Source of the DNA: Candidatus Poribacteria bacterium
Lineage (GTDB): Bacteria; Poribacteria; WGA-4E; PCPOR2b
Assembly: GCA_965198175.1 (NCBI GenBank)
Contig: OZ240245.1
Coordinates: forward strand, 3,744,001-3,808,000
DNA length: 64,000 nt
Direction of reading: 5' to 3'
In this document: positions 40,094 to 49,670 of the stretch, one piece after another
Position numbering within the stretch: position 1 is the first letter of the stretch
Layout of the letters: the number at the start of each line of letters is the position of its first letter
Translations under genes and position numbers: made by a program
The notes under the pieces: generated by a model
What the model was told of the DNA's origin: nothing
Database searches by the model: none
What the model saw: the letters and a program-made list of their open reading frames with translations, nothing else

Positions 40094-41770
40094 TTGAATA
40101 CCGATTCGCGTTTCTTAGCAATCCATTTTCTAGCTTTTCTTCCTTTCATCCAAATTGCTTTCTCAGATGCCACGATTCAATTCGTTGATGTCACCGAAGC
40201 GGCGGGCATCGATTTTACCCATGTCGATGGACGTAGCGGTCAGAAGTATTTTGTGGAATCGCTTGGCTCTGGTGCTGCATTTTTTGACTATGACAGCGAC
40301 GGCGACCCAGACCTCTACTTCGTCAATGGGGCGCCACTGCCGGGCTATCAGGAGACAGAAATCCCAATCAACCGGCTTTACCGAAACAATGGGGATGGGA
40401 CTTTTACAGACGTGACGAAACAAGCAGGTGTAGGCGACCCTAGCTATGGACATGGCTGCGCCGTTGGCGATTACAATAACGATGGCCACCTCGATTTGTA
40501 CGTCGCCAATTACGGTCCCAATGTGCTTTATCGAAACAACGGGGATCAGACCTTTACCGCGGTGACAACAGAAGCGGGGGTCAGTGAGCCCAAATGGAGC
40601 AGTAGTTGCGCGTTTGCCGACTACGACCGCGATGGCGATCTTGACCTCTATGTGGTCAATTATATTGAGTTAAGTCTTGAGGACAACCCCTGGTGTGGAC
40701 CTAAGGAGAAAGGGATTCGTGCCTACTGCGAACCGAACAATTTTCCGGGACTGCCCGATACCCTCTATCGGAACAACGGAGATGGCACGTTTACAGATGT
40801 TACTCGGCAGGCTGGAATCTACAATCCCACTGGAAAGGGTCTCGGCGTTGTGTGGGGCGACTACGATAACGATGGGCATCCTGATATCTACATCGCCAAC
40901 GACTCGACCGAAAATTTCTTTTATTGGAATAAAGGAGATGGCACGTTTGAAGAAGTGGGATTCATGCTCGGCGTTGCGATGAGCGAAACCGGTGCGGAAG
41001 AAAACGGGATGGGCACGGCATTCGGGGACTTGGATAATGATGGGTGGCTGGATCTGATTGTGACGAACTATCAGGATCAAGCCAACACCCTCTACCACAA
41101 CGACCAGAACGGCTTTTTTACGGATGTGTCAACCGTCTCAAAAACGGGTGCAGTTAGTTTTCCCTATCTCGGTTGGGCGACGGAATTCATCGACTATGAT
41201 AACGACGGCTGGCAGGACCTTTTTGTCGCCAACGGCCACGTCCACGACAATCTTGAAGAGATTGGGCAGGCAGGAACCTATGGACAGCGCAACCTGCTCT
41301 TCCGAAATACCTGTGACAACACTTTCACGGAGATGTCCAAACAACTGGGCGATGGTATGCGCCTAGATGATGTGAGTCGCGGCGGTGCGTTTGCGGACTA
41401 CGATTTGGACGGTGACATCGATATTCTGATAACCAACTCCAACAGTGCACCTCGCCTGCTTGACAACGATGGAGGAAACGAAAACAGCTGGCTAGCTGTC
41501 AAGTTAAACGGTACAACAGGGTCAACAGATGCAATTGGTGCGCGTGTGACGGTTCGTGCGGGAGGTGTATCCCAAACCAAGGAGGTCCGGAGTGGTACTG
41601 GTTATTTATCCCAAAACGAGCTTAAACTCCATTTTGGACTTGGCGATAGCACAAATGTTGAGTTAATCGAGGTTCAATGGCTGAGGGGTGGAGTACAGCA
41701 GGCCAAAAATATCGCAGCTAACCAATCCATCGTTATAACGGAAGGCAGTGGCTGGAAGCGCGTTGATTAA
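40094..41770 (+). CDS. CRTAC1/ASPIC-UnbV family protein with FG-GAP repeats; start uncertain
   Basis: Repeated DYDNDG..DL..N and NNGDGTFTDVT motifs; C-terminal AIGARV...LHFGLG. Start moved to TTG 40094 ahead of a signal-like segment. Confidence 0.9.
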   Translation: MNTDSRFLAIHFLAFLPFIQIAFSDATIQFVDVTEAAGIDFTHVDGRSGQKYFVESLGSGAAFFDYDSDGDPDLYFVNGAPLPGYQETEIPINRLYRNNGDGTFTDVTKQAGVGDPSYGHGCAVGDYNNDGHLDLYVANYGPNVLYRNNGDQTFTAVTTEAGVSEPKWSSSCAFADYDRDGDLDLYVVNYIELSLEDNPWCGPKEKGIRAYCEPNNFPGLPDTLYRNNGDGTFTDVTRQAGIYNPTGKGLGVVWGDYDNDGHPDIYIANDSTENFFYWNKGDGTFEEVGFMLGVAMSETGAEENGMGTAFGDLDNDGWLDLIVTNYQDQANTLYHNDQNGFFTDVSTVSKTGAVSFPYLGWATEFIDYDNDGWQDLFVANGHVHDNLEEIGQAGTYGQRNLLFRNTCDNTFTEMSKQLGDGMRLDDVSRGGAFADYDLDGDIDILITNSNSAPRLLDNDGGNENSWLAVKLNGTTGSTDAIGARVTVRAGGVSQTKEVRSGTGYLSQNELKLHFGLGDSTNVELIEVQWLRGGVQQAKNIAANQSIVITEGSGWKRVD

Positions 41771-41926
41771 CACAGTTTTTAGCTTTGGGGTGCAAGTCGG
41801 TTCGTCAATCCCATCAGTTAAGCTACAATCTTTCATGCCGTAACCGGCGTGATTGACATGCAACCCTGATGGGGAAGGGATTGACGGCATTTGGCTAAGA
41901 CGCAGTAGTTGAGGGGAGTATTCTTT

Positions 41927-42778
41927 ATGAAGATTTCATTCATGACTCAAGCCTACGCTGATATGCCGTTTGAGCAGATTGTCCCGCGGCTTGCTGCGGT
42001 CGGATATGACGGTGTAGAGCCGTTAGCTGGTCCCGAAGGTCAGTTAAAGCCTTCGAAACTCAAGGACAGCGACAGACGTGCGTTGCGGGTGCTCCTCGCT
42101 GACCACAGCATGGAGATTCCTGTTTTGAATCCTTATAGGGAGTCGATGGTTACCATGGCAAAGGACGGGACAGCGAGAGACTTTTACGGCGCCATCATGG
42201 AGCTTGCGGTGGACCTTGGCACGCCAACCGTCAACTGCCTGAGTGGTTTCCTTCCCGACGGGGATAGGGAGGGGTGGGAGATTCTTATCAATTTTTTCAA
42301 GGAGTTGACCCGCCACGCAGAATCCATCGGCATCTGTTTGTCAATTCACAACCATGAGGCGAATATCTTGGACACGGTGGAAAAATGTACGCTAATTATT
42401 CAGCACGTTGGCTCGCCAAATCTGAAAGTCACGTTTGACGCGACAAACTGCTACCTACTCAACGGGAATGTCGCAAAAGCCGTGGCGTTCCTCGGGCCGC
42501 ATCTTAACCACTGCCATCTCAAGGGCATCACGGGCAAGTATCCACACACACACTTTCTCGTTCCAGGTGAGGAAGGCGATGAAATGGACTTCAATGCGTT
42601 CGCCATTGCGCTTGGTAGGGTGGGTTACACCGGTTCTATCTCGGTGGAAACATTCCAGCACATGCGGGATGATAAGGATAGGGTCGCCTATGAGATGATG
42701 AGTACAACGCTTGCGAGGCTAGGATTACGTGAAGCACCTGATTCCCCCATGGGCACCGGAGAAACAAGCGGGATTTGA
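41927..42778 (+). CDS. Sugar phosphate isomerase/epimerase (xylose-isomerase-like TIM barrel)
   Basis: GYDGVE, HNHE, FDATN, HCHLK, PGEG-like, GYTG.ISVE. Confidence 0.88.
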   Translation: MKISFMTQAYADMPFEQIVPRLAAVGYDGVEPLAGPEGQLKPSKLKDSDRRALRVLLADHSMEIPVLNPYRESMVTMAKDGTARDFYGAIMELAVDLGTPTVNCLSGFLPDGDREGWEILINFFKELTRHAESIGICLSIHNHEANILDTVEKCTLIIQHVGSPNLKVTFDATNCYLLNGNVAKAVAFLGPHLNHCHLKGITGKYPHTHFLVPGEEGDEMDFNAFAIALGRVGYTGSISVETFQHMRDDKDRVAYEMMSTTLARLGLREAPDSPMGTGETSGI

Positions 42779-42820
42779 AAGGGTTCACGCCGTCAGGATA
42801 GGCGCACTGACACCTGGAGT

Positions 42821-43606
42821 CTACGGACGACTCTTAAGCGTCGCCCACATCATCACCAGTGAACCCTCGGCAGAGACGGACTGGGCATGTGGTTCAAACT
42901 CAAACAATTTGAAAACTTCATCTTCGTCCAACACCCGCTTGTAGATGCGTACCTCATCTAGACGACCTACGAACCCGTTCAGTTGGAACTTGGGTATGCC
43001 TCCCAAATACAGGGCGTCTCCCTGCTCCCCAATCTTGCCGATGGCTCCCGGATTCTCGCTCACCAGCAGCCCGTTCCGGTAAAGCTTAGAACCGTTCTTC
43101 GGCGCCCACGTCCCGGTAACGACATGCCACTTCTCCTGTTTCAGCACCGGTCCCTCGCCGCTCTGCACCCAACCGCCAGCGACTTGGACTTCCAATCGAC
43201 CATTTCCTTTAAGAAGATCGAGGTTGAACTGCCGGCGGCGAAACACCGCACGGTTCTCACCGGCGAAGTCTAATTTCTCGGGATACACCCAGTAGGAACA
43301 CGTGAAACCTTCATCCGTCTTAGTAATCAGGTAGCTCGCCGAATCGGGTGTCTCCGCGCCGTCCATGACCGCGTCGAACCGGAGCGCTTTGCCGAACTTC
43401 CCTTCGGCTTCCCGCTTTGCAGTGAGCAAGTCTCCGTGGTTCCCTTCTCCGCTCGCATCGGTGATGACGTTGCCGTTTCCCTCGAATGGGTAGTAGACAA
43501 CCAACCCGTCCTCGAAGTTCGCCTGCGCCATCACACTAATAGAAAAGAACAGAGAAATAGCTATCACAATAGCGAGCACAGCCAACGTTGCAATTCGAGC
43601 GTTCAT
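42821..43606 (-). CDS. Secreted LamG/concanavalin-like protein with C-terminal V-x9-WAxLK motif
   Basis: Signal peptide; LVVYYPFE, GKFGKALRFD, WHVVTGTW, G.LDEVRIYKRVL. Confidence 0.9.
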   Translation of the reverse strand: MNARIATLAVLAIVIAISLFFSISVMAQANFEDGLVVYYPFEGNGNVITDASGEGNHGDLLTAKREAEGKFGKALRFDAVMDGAETPDSASYLITKTDEGFTCSYWVYPEKLDFAGENRAVFRRRQFNLDLLKGNGRLEVQVAGGWVQSGEGPVLKQEKWHVVTGTWAPKNGSKLYRNGLLVSENPGAIGKIGEQGDALYLGGIPKFQLNGFVGRLDEVRIYKRVLDEDEVFKLFEFEPHAQSVSAEGSLVMMWATLKSRP

Positions 43607-43625
43607 GATAATTTGCCTTGTAATA

Positions 43626-44468
43626 TTACCTTGAATCCTTTATCGCTCCCCACGTTACTGCGAGTCTCCTTACGGGATCAACACTAAATCCGCCTGACTG
43701 GAAGTTCTGCTCGACTTCCCCCGCGGTGAGTGGTCGATCATAAATAGCAACTTCGTCAACGGCGCCATCCATCCATGCCCTGTCGGGGAAAGTAAAGATT
43801 TTCTTGCCAAATGTAGCTCTAGTTTCCTCGCCAGTCTGGAGCGGATTTATCTTCTGGTTATCATATACGAGTTCTCCGTCGACATAGATTTTCAACTCAG
43901 TTTTCTTGTCGTATGTCGCTGTCACATGCGTCCATGTATCTGGTTCGAACCGTCTTGGTGCTACATGGTCATTGCAAATCCCCCACAAGGCAATGCCAGC
44001 TCCATCCCAAGCGGTGATACCGTACAACTCTCCCTGACAGATTTGCGCAGTTTCGCCTTCCCAGCCCCAGCCAACCGGTACTTGCTTGAGAAAAAACTTG
44101 TTAAATCTTACCCATGCGCTCAAGGTACGGGGATCCGAACCCGTGATTTCGATTTCCTTTGATGACTGCGCGTAATCGCCATCTCCATCAAATTCCACGG
44201 CTTGGCCCATTCTACCTTCGACAATTTTGGGATCGCTTTGTCCTCCCCCAAGCAGAGGTGGTGATTTGCCGCGGACGAGCTCCACATCGTTGTTTCCAGC
44301 GAGGTCTGGCACTGTGTTTTTCTTGACGTTATCGAAAGACCAGTAGTGAACCAGTCCATTTTCAACGATTTTTGCTTCCGCAGTATCCACAACCATCAAG
44401 GCGATTACGACAATCGTCAGAGCAGAAACTATTGTCATTATCCTGCGAGACATTTTTATCCTCCCCAT
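43626..44468 (-). CDS. Secreted LamG protein with C-terminal motif
   Basis: GLVHYWSFD, WTHVTATYD, DEVAIYDRPL; ends VDPVRRLAVTWGAIK. Confidence 0.9.
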   Translation of the reverse strand: MGRIKMSRRIMTIVSALTIVVIALMVVDTAEAKIVENGLVHYWSFDNVKKNTVPDLAGNNDVELVRGKSPPLLGGGQSDPKIVEGRMGQAVEFDGDGDYAQSSKEIEITGSDPRTLSAWVRFNKFFLKQVPVGWGWEGETAQICQGELYGITAWDGAGIALWGICNDHVAPRRFEPDTWTHVTATYDKKTELKIYVDGELVYDNQKINPLQTGEETRATFGKKIFTFPDRAWMDGAVDEVAIYDRPLTAGEVEQNFQSGGFSVDPVRRLAVTWGAIKDSR

Positions 44469-44549
44469 GGCATCTTATGAAAATCGGTTTGCCGAGAGGC
44501 GAAGAATTGCCTCACGACAAACCGCTCATCGAAGGAGTCTTCATGAAAA

Positions 44550-45386
44550 CTACTGTGGAGTACCTTTTATCTTGCCCCAAGCGGTGGTGAGTTTCCCAGC
44601 AGAGCCCACTGCTACTGCTCCAAATTCGTCTGCCATGAAGTTCTGCATAACCTCATCTGGGTTTAGCGCTCTGTCATAGATGGCGACTTCGTCAACGACG
44701 CCGTTAGTCCATGCCCGATCAGGGAATGTGAAAATTTTCTTACCTAGTGTCATCTGTGCATCGCCGGTCTTAAGGGGATTTACATCCGTCTTGTTGTACG
44801 CCTCCTCCCCATCAACATAGATTTTCAACTCCGTCTCGTTGTCGTATGTCGCCGTGACATGCGCCCATGTATCCTGTTCAAAATTCCTTGTCGATACATG
44901 ATCGTTACAGATTCCCCAGAGGGCGATCCGGGGGCCATCCCAAGCGGTGATGGCGTACAACTCACCTTCACAGATTTGAGGCGTTTCGCCTTCCCAGCCC
45001 CAGCCAACTGGAACCTGTTTTTGCGAGACAAAACCGTTAAACTTTACCCAGGCGCTCAATGTCCGTGGGGCAGCACCTACAATTGGGATGTTGTTGATTG
45101 ATTGTGCATAATCGCCATCACCATCAAACTCCACACCCATGCCGATTTTTCCCGACGTTATCTGGGGATCGCTTGGTCCAGCTTCAAACAGCTCTGGGGA
45201 GTCTCCACGCATGAGAATCACGTCGTTGTCCCCAACGATGTCCGGTGCGACGTCGCCTCGAACGTCATCAAACGACCAGTAACCAATTAACCCGTCCGTA
45301 ACCACACCGGCATCCGCCACACTCACAATCTGTCCAGTTAAAATAATTGCTAGCGCAGAAACTATCGTCATAATTTTGTTAATCAT
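44550..45386 (-). CDS. Secreted LamG protein with C-terminal motif
   Basis: Close paralog of 43626-44468 (GWGWEGET, KKIFTFPDRAW); ends VGSAGKLTTAWGKIK. Confidence 0.9.
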   Translation of the reverse strand: MINKIMTIVSALAIILTGQIVSVADAGVVTDGLIGYWSFDDVRGDVAPDIVGDNDVILMRGDSPELFEAGPSDPQITSGKIGMGVEFDGDGDYAQSINNIPIVGAAPRTLSAWVKFNGFVSQKQVPVGWGWEGETPQICEGELYAITAWDGPRIALWGICNDHVSTRNFEQDTWAHVTATYDNETELKIYVDGEEAYNKTDVNPLKTGDAQMTLGKKIFTFPDRAWTNGVVDEVAIYDRALNPDEVMQNFMADEFGAVAVGSAGKLTTAWGKIKGTPQ

Positions 45387-45518
45387 AGTCGTTCAATCTC
45401 CCTTGACTTTGTTAGGCATTCAATCAATTAGTGTTTCCGGTCTTCAACTCTAAGTATCCATTTCCAGGAAAGATACCCGGCGAAACCACGCTGACGGTTC
45501 TGTTCCAATCCATCTGAT

Positions 45519-45548
45519 AAAAAAAACCCCGATCCGAAGATCGGGGTT
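45519..45548 (-). terminator. Rho-independent terminator
   Basis: Minus strand AACCCCGATC-TTCG-GATCGGGGTT followed by a T run, just after the stop at 45558. Confidence 0.9.
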
Positions 45549-45557
45549 GGCTTACCT

Positions 45558-46361
45558 CTACTTTGTAGACTTTATGTCTGCCCAAGTACTTGTGAGTTTT
45601 CCAGCAGGCTCAACAGCGACCACCGTTGCGAGAAAGTTTTGTGCAACGTCGTCGGCACTAAGCGCGCGATTATAAAGCCCGACATCGTCAATTAAGCCCT
45701 CAAAGAACTCGCCCGGGTCGCCGGGTTTACCATCAGCGGTTTCATGGGGACCGGGATGGATGCCGGGATTGCTTCCAATCGCTCCAGCATTGGTATCTAC
45801 CACGTCCGTCGCTTCTGGAAGATCCATGCTAGCGACCATTTCTCCGTTCAGGTAGATGGTATCGTTCTGACTGCCGTTGTATACAGCTACAACGTGGTGC
45901 CAGTCACCAAGAGACACGACAGGTCCAAAAACATCAAACCCACCGCCCCATTGGGTCATGAAGACCTGATCGCCGCCGCGAGTACCGATACCGAAGAATC
46001 TACCGCAGCAGTGCGGAAAACCGTAGGTGGCGATATACTGAACCCCACCTCCGTCAGATACCTCTCGTTTAAACCAAGCGGACCATGACATAGGCGAATT
46101 GCCTGTTGGCACCCCGTTTGTCGGAAATGTAACATTATCACCATCCTTATCGAACTTTAGGGCATCGCCGATTTTACCAGCGACGACTTCCGGATCTCCG
46201 TTAATGGTGCCGTCGTTATCTCCAACTTGGTCTGAGACATCCCCGCCTTCGAAGGACCAGTAGCTAACGAGACCATCTTGGACGACTTGTGCTTCTGCAA
46301 TAAAGGCGAAAGCAGCTACACCTACCACGACAAAAAACAGCATGATGCTCTTGTTAAACAT
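45558..46361 (-). CDS. Secreted LamG protein with C-terminal motif
   Basis: GLVSYWSFE, WHHVVAVY, DDVGLYNRAL; ends VEPAGKLTSTWADIK. Confidence 0.9.
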   Translation of the reverse strand: MFNKSIMLFFVVVGVAAFAFIAEAQVVQDGLVSYWSFEGGDVSDQVGDNDGTINGDPEVVAGKIGDALKFDKDGDNVTFPTNGVPTGNSPMSWSAWFKREVSDGGGVQYIATYGFPHCCGRFFGIGTRGGDQVFMTQWGGGFDVFGPVVSLGDWHHVVAVYNGSQNDTIYLNGEMVASMDLPEATDVVDTNAGAIGSNPGIHPGPHETADGKPGDPGEFFEGLIDDVGLYNRALSADDVAQNFLATVVAVEPAGKLTSTWADIKSTK

Positions 46362-46450
46362 TGTACGTAACCTCCTGTTTAGAGCGTTTTATATTAGCTT
46401 CGGACAGTTATTAATTATTCCGAAGGTCGGTTATAACTACTCGGTTATAG

Positions 46451-47215
46451 CTAATCTGAATCCTTGATGTTTCCCCATGTAGTCGTTATTTTCTCAGAAG
46501 GGTTTACAGCAAATATTATGTCCGCCTCATAATTCTGCATGACTTCATCCGCATTTAAAGCGCGGCCATAAAGTCCGACTTCATCAATGAGACCCTCAAA
46601 TAACTCCGCTTGATCCGGATTGCTGCCGATAGCTCCCTTTCTGTCATCTAGCGTGTTTGGCTTTTCAGCTAGCTTACTTTCTGAGACCAATTCCCCGTCA
46701 AGATAAATGATATCGTTCTGATCGCCATCATAGACAGCCGCCAAATAGTGCCATTTGTCGAAATCAATAACAGGGCCAAAAACGTCAAATTGGGGACCCC
46801 ATTGGGTCATAAAAACCTGATCGCCATTCCGAGTCCCGATACCGAAGAACTGACCGCAGCAGGCCGCAATGCCAGACGTAGCAATATATTGAACGGCGCC
46901 GGCATCACTGACTTCTCGATAAAACCAAGCTGACCAGGTCATCGCGGAATTTCCCGTGGGGAAACCCTTATTGTCAAAAGAGACACTATCTACTTGTCCA
47001 TTGAACGACAGCGCTTTACCGTACTTACCATCGACCAGCTTTGGCCTGCCGATAACGTCCCCGTCATTCGGTCCAACCGCATCTTTGACATCGAGATTGT
47101 CTAGATGCCAGTAGCTGACAAGGCCGTCTTCGACGATTTGAGCTGCCGCTGTATGGAAAGCTACCATGGAGACGCTCACCACAAACAAAATCACAACGAT
47201 GTTCTTGTTAAACAT
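46451..47215 (-). CDS. Secreted LamG protein with C-terminal motif
   Basis: Close paralog of 45558-46361 (WSAWF, CCG.FFGIGTR, MTQWG); ends VNPSEKITTTWGNIK. Confidence 0.9.
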   Translation of the reverse strand: MFNKNIVVILFVVSVSMVAFHTAAAQIVEDGLVSYWHLDNLDVKDAVGPNDGDVIGRPKLVDGKYGKALSFNGQVDSVSFDNKGFPTGNSAMTWSAWFYREVSDAGAVQYIATSGIAACCGQFFGIGTRNGDQVFMTQWGPQFDVFGPVIDFDKWHYLAAVYDGDQNDIIYLDGELVSESKLAEKPNTLDDRKGAIGSNPDQAELFEGLIDEVGLYGRALNADEVMQNYEADIIFAVNPSEKITTTWGNIKDSD

Positions 47216-47649
47216 TGTGCCTACCTCCTGAATTTACTGTTAACGTCAGTCAACTTTTGCCCACGCGAATACACTTTGAAACTTGCGTCCATCAACCTCC
47301 ACGAGTTGGACAAATTTCATCCCGTGCGGAGCCAACAACGGCAGGGTTCAACCCTTTTGCAAGTGTACATTCAACTGGTTAATCTCGCACAAAGCCAACT
47401 GGGTTGCCGTCTGCGAATCAACTCGACCTTGTCGGTGTAATTGTTAGACAGTATCCGACACAGCGAAGATCCACCTCACCTGAGCACATTATAACAGAAT
47501 ACAGGGAAAATGGCAATTAAAATAAATGCACGATATCAAAAAGTCGAATTTTGACGAAACTCTAATGGCGAGGTAGCTCATCGCGATTGGAGCATTATAC
47601 TGTGGGACGACAACCGAAACGGATGTAAAGAAAGACGAGTTCGCAAGCA

Positions 47650-48639
47650 CTATGGAAGGCGCGTAGCGCATCGAAAACCGAGGTAGATGCTCGCATTCGC
47701 TGGATGGAGACTATTGCGGTTCGACACGCGAAGATTACCCGGTGGATGGAGCCAACCCCCGCCGCGATGGACGCGATGAGTTGTAACATTTGCATAGTCA
47801 TCATTGTCAAAGGCTATTAAACCGCCGGCGACAGGATTATCCTTGGGACTGCTCGCGTAAGCGGCGGAGTTGTATGCATCCATGCACCATTCCCAGACAT
47901 TGCCCGCCATGTCGTGCAGACCGTATCCGTTCGGCGGATACGTGCCCACAGGCGCTGTAAATTGATAGCCGTCGTCAAGACTTCTGTCCGCCCAATTTGC
48001 CCAGTCAGGCGCCTGTTTATCTGCAAAGTTGCACTGCAATGCTTCAGAGGTTGCATCACTCCACGGATGACGTTGCCCCACGAGACCGCCGCGCGCTGCC
48101 TTTTCCCACTCTGCTTCGGTGGGAAGTCGTTTTCCCGCCCACTGGCAGTATGCCGCCGCATCGTACCAACTGACGCCAACGACGGGGTGATTAGGCATGT
48201 TGAGGTCAGGGTCGTCCCAGAATGCCGGATCCGTGTGTCCTGTTTCATTTATGAACTGCTTGTACTGTGCGTTGGTCACCTCGTACACATCTATGTAGAA
48301 ACTGTCGACGTAAACGGTGTGGACTGGGCGCTCGTCATCCCCGCCCCCGTCGAGGGAATTGCCCATCTCAAACTCACCCGCGGGAATCAGGCGCATCTTC
48401 GCGCTGTCCTTATCGGATGTGATCTCTTTCGGAAATTCTCGCTTATTGTCAACACCGAACGCGTTTCGGGCGTTCGTGTCTCTCGCCGTACTATCGTCCC
48501 CCTTTTTCAGCGCAATGGCGTGTGCAATCGCGCCGCGCGCCAGGAGATCATCGGATGGGGTGGCATTTTGGACAGATGCGCAATAACAAACAGCGATGGA
48601 TAGAATCAGTCTTAAAGGGAATAGAATGCGTGTTTTCAC
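47650..48639 (-). CDS. Formylglycine-generating enzyme (FGE-sulfatase/SUMF1) family protein
   Basis: IPAGEFEMG, EVTNAQY, RLPTEAEWEKAARG, DMAGNVWEW, RGGGW, GFRC; signal-like N-terminus. Confidence 0.92.
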   Translation of the reverse strand: MKTRILFPLRLILSIAVCYCASVQNATPSDDLLARGAIAHAIALKKGDDSTARDTNARNAFGVDNKREFPKEITSDKDSAKMRLIPAGEFEMGNSLDGGGDDERPVHTVYVDSFYIDVYEVTNAQYKQFINETGHTDPAFWDDPDLNMPNHPVVGVSWYDAAAYCQWAGKRLPTEAEWEKAARGGLVGQRHPWSDATSEALQCNFADKQAPDWANWADRSLDDGYQFTAPVGTYPPNGYGLHDMAGNVWEWCMDAYNSAAYASSPKDNPVAGGLIAFDNDDYANVTTHRVHRGGGWLHPPGNLRVSNRNSLHPANASIYLGFRCATRLP

Positions 48640-48768
48640 CGTGTCCTCCCCTTCTTGTACACGACTGGTTGAGGTTGTAATTCGTGCAGTGCTCGCTCTA
48701 GATACCTGGATGTAAATTATAGTGGAAGCAATAGCCGACCGTAGCGACTTGGCAGAACCCTCACAAAG

Positions 48769-49551
48769 CTACAGCAGCACCATGCCCCCATCTACCATTA
48801 TTGACTGACCTGTGATGTAGTTGGAATCGTCGGATGCCAGAAATGCTGCAAGTCCAGCAATGTCACTGGGCGTCGATGGGCGTCCCAACAGGATACGACG
48901 TCCAAACTCCGCCATCGCATCTCCGGGCTGCTCAAACAGACCGTGTTCCAAGAACTCTTTGTCGAGCTGTTCCCAGAGCGTCGTCTGTACCACCCCCGGA
49001 CAGAAGGCATTGACACAGATTCCGTGTTCAGCGAAGGCGCGCGCCCCAGCCTGCGTAAGCGCCACCACCGAGAATTTGCTCGCGCAGTAGTGCGGTTGAA
49101 TCTCATACCCTTCCTTGCCGGCGATAGAGGCGGTGTTGATAATCTTCCCACCTTCTCCTTGGGCAATCATTTGGCGCGCTGCCTCCTGCATACAGATTAA
49201 TACACCGAGCGCGTTAACACGCATCAATCGCTCCCAATCGCTCTCGGTCACATCCATGAACGGTTTGATTTCCGCAACCGCAGCGTTGTTGAAGATGATG
49301 TCCAGATGTCCAAATGCGTCAACCGTGTTCTGAACCATGGTTTTGACACTAGTGCGATTCGCAACATCACAGCGGCACCCGATTGCGTTTTCGCCAATTT
49401 CAGACGCGGTCTTCTTCGCTCCGTTTTCGTTGATGTCTGCGATGCACACCTGCGCGCCTTCGGCAACCAATCGCATAGCAATTCCACGTCCGATGCCTTG
49501 AGCACCGCCCGTTACAACGCATGATTTTCCTTCAAGTCGCTTTCCCGCCAT
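48769..49551 (-). CDS. SDR oxidoreductase (acetoin/polyol dehydrogenase-like)
   Basis: TGGAQGIG, NNA, YCASK; start set at ATG 49551 after GGAGG. Confidence 0.92.
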   Translation of the reverse strand: MAGKRLEGKSCVVTGGAQGIGRGIAMRLVAEGAQVCIADINENGAKKTASEIGENAIGCRCDVANRTSVKTMVQNTVDAFGHLDIIFNNAAVAEIKPFMDVTESDWERLMRVNALGVLICMQEAARQMIAQGEGGKIINTASIAGKEGYEIQPHYCASKFSVVALTQAGARAFAEHGICVNAFCPGVVQTTLWEQLDKEFLEHGLFEQPGDAMAEFGRRILLGRPSTPSDIAGLAAFLASDDSNYITGQSIMVDGGMVLL

Positions 49552-49670
49552 ATCAGTTTTGCCTCCAAATTCGTACTTGTGGGATTCCACTATCTCCGTC
49601 AGTCATCATCTGAGTTCTGGGCTTACGAGTTGTTGAATTACGTTCTTTATGTCGATACCTCTTATCCATC

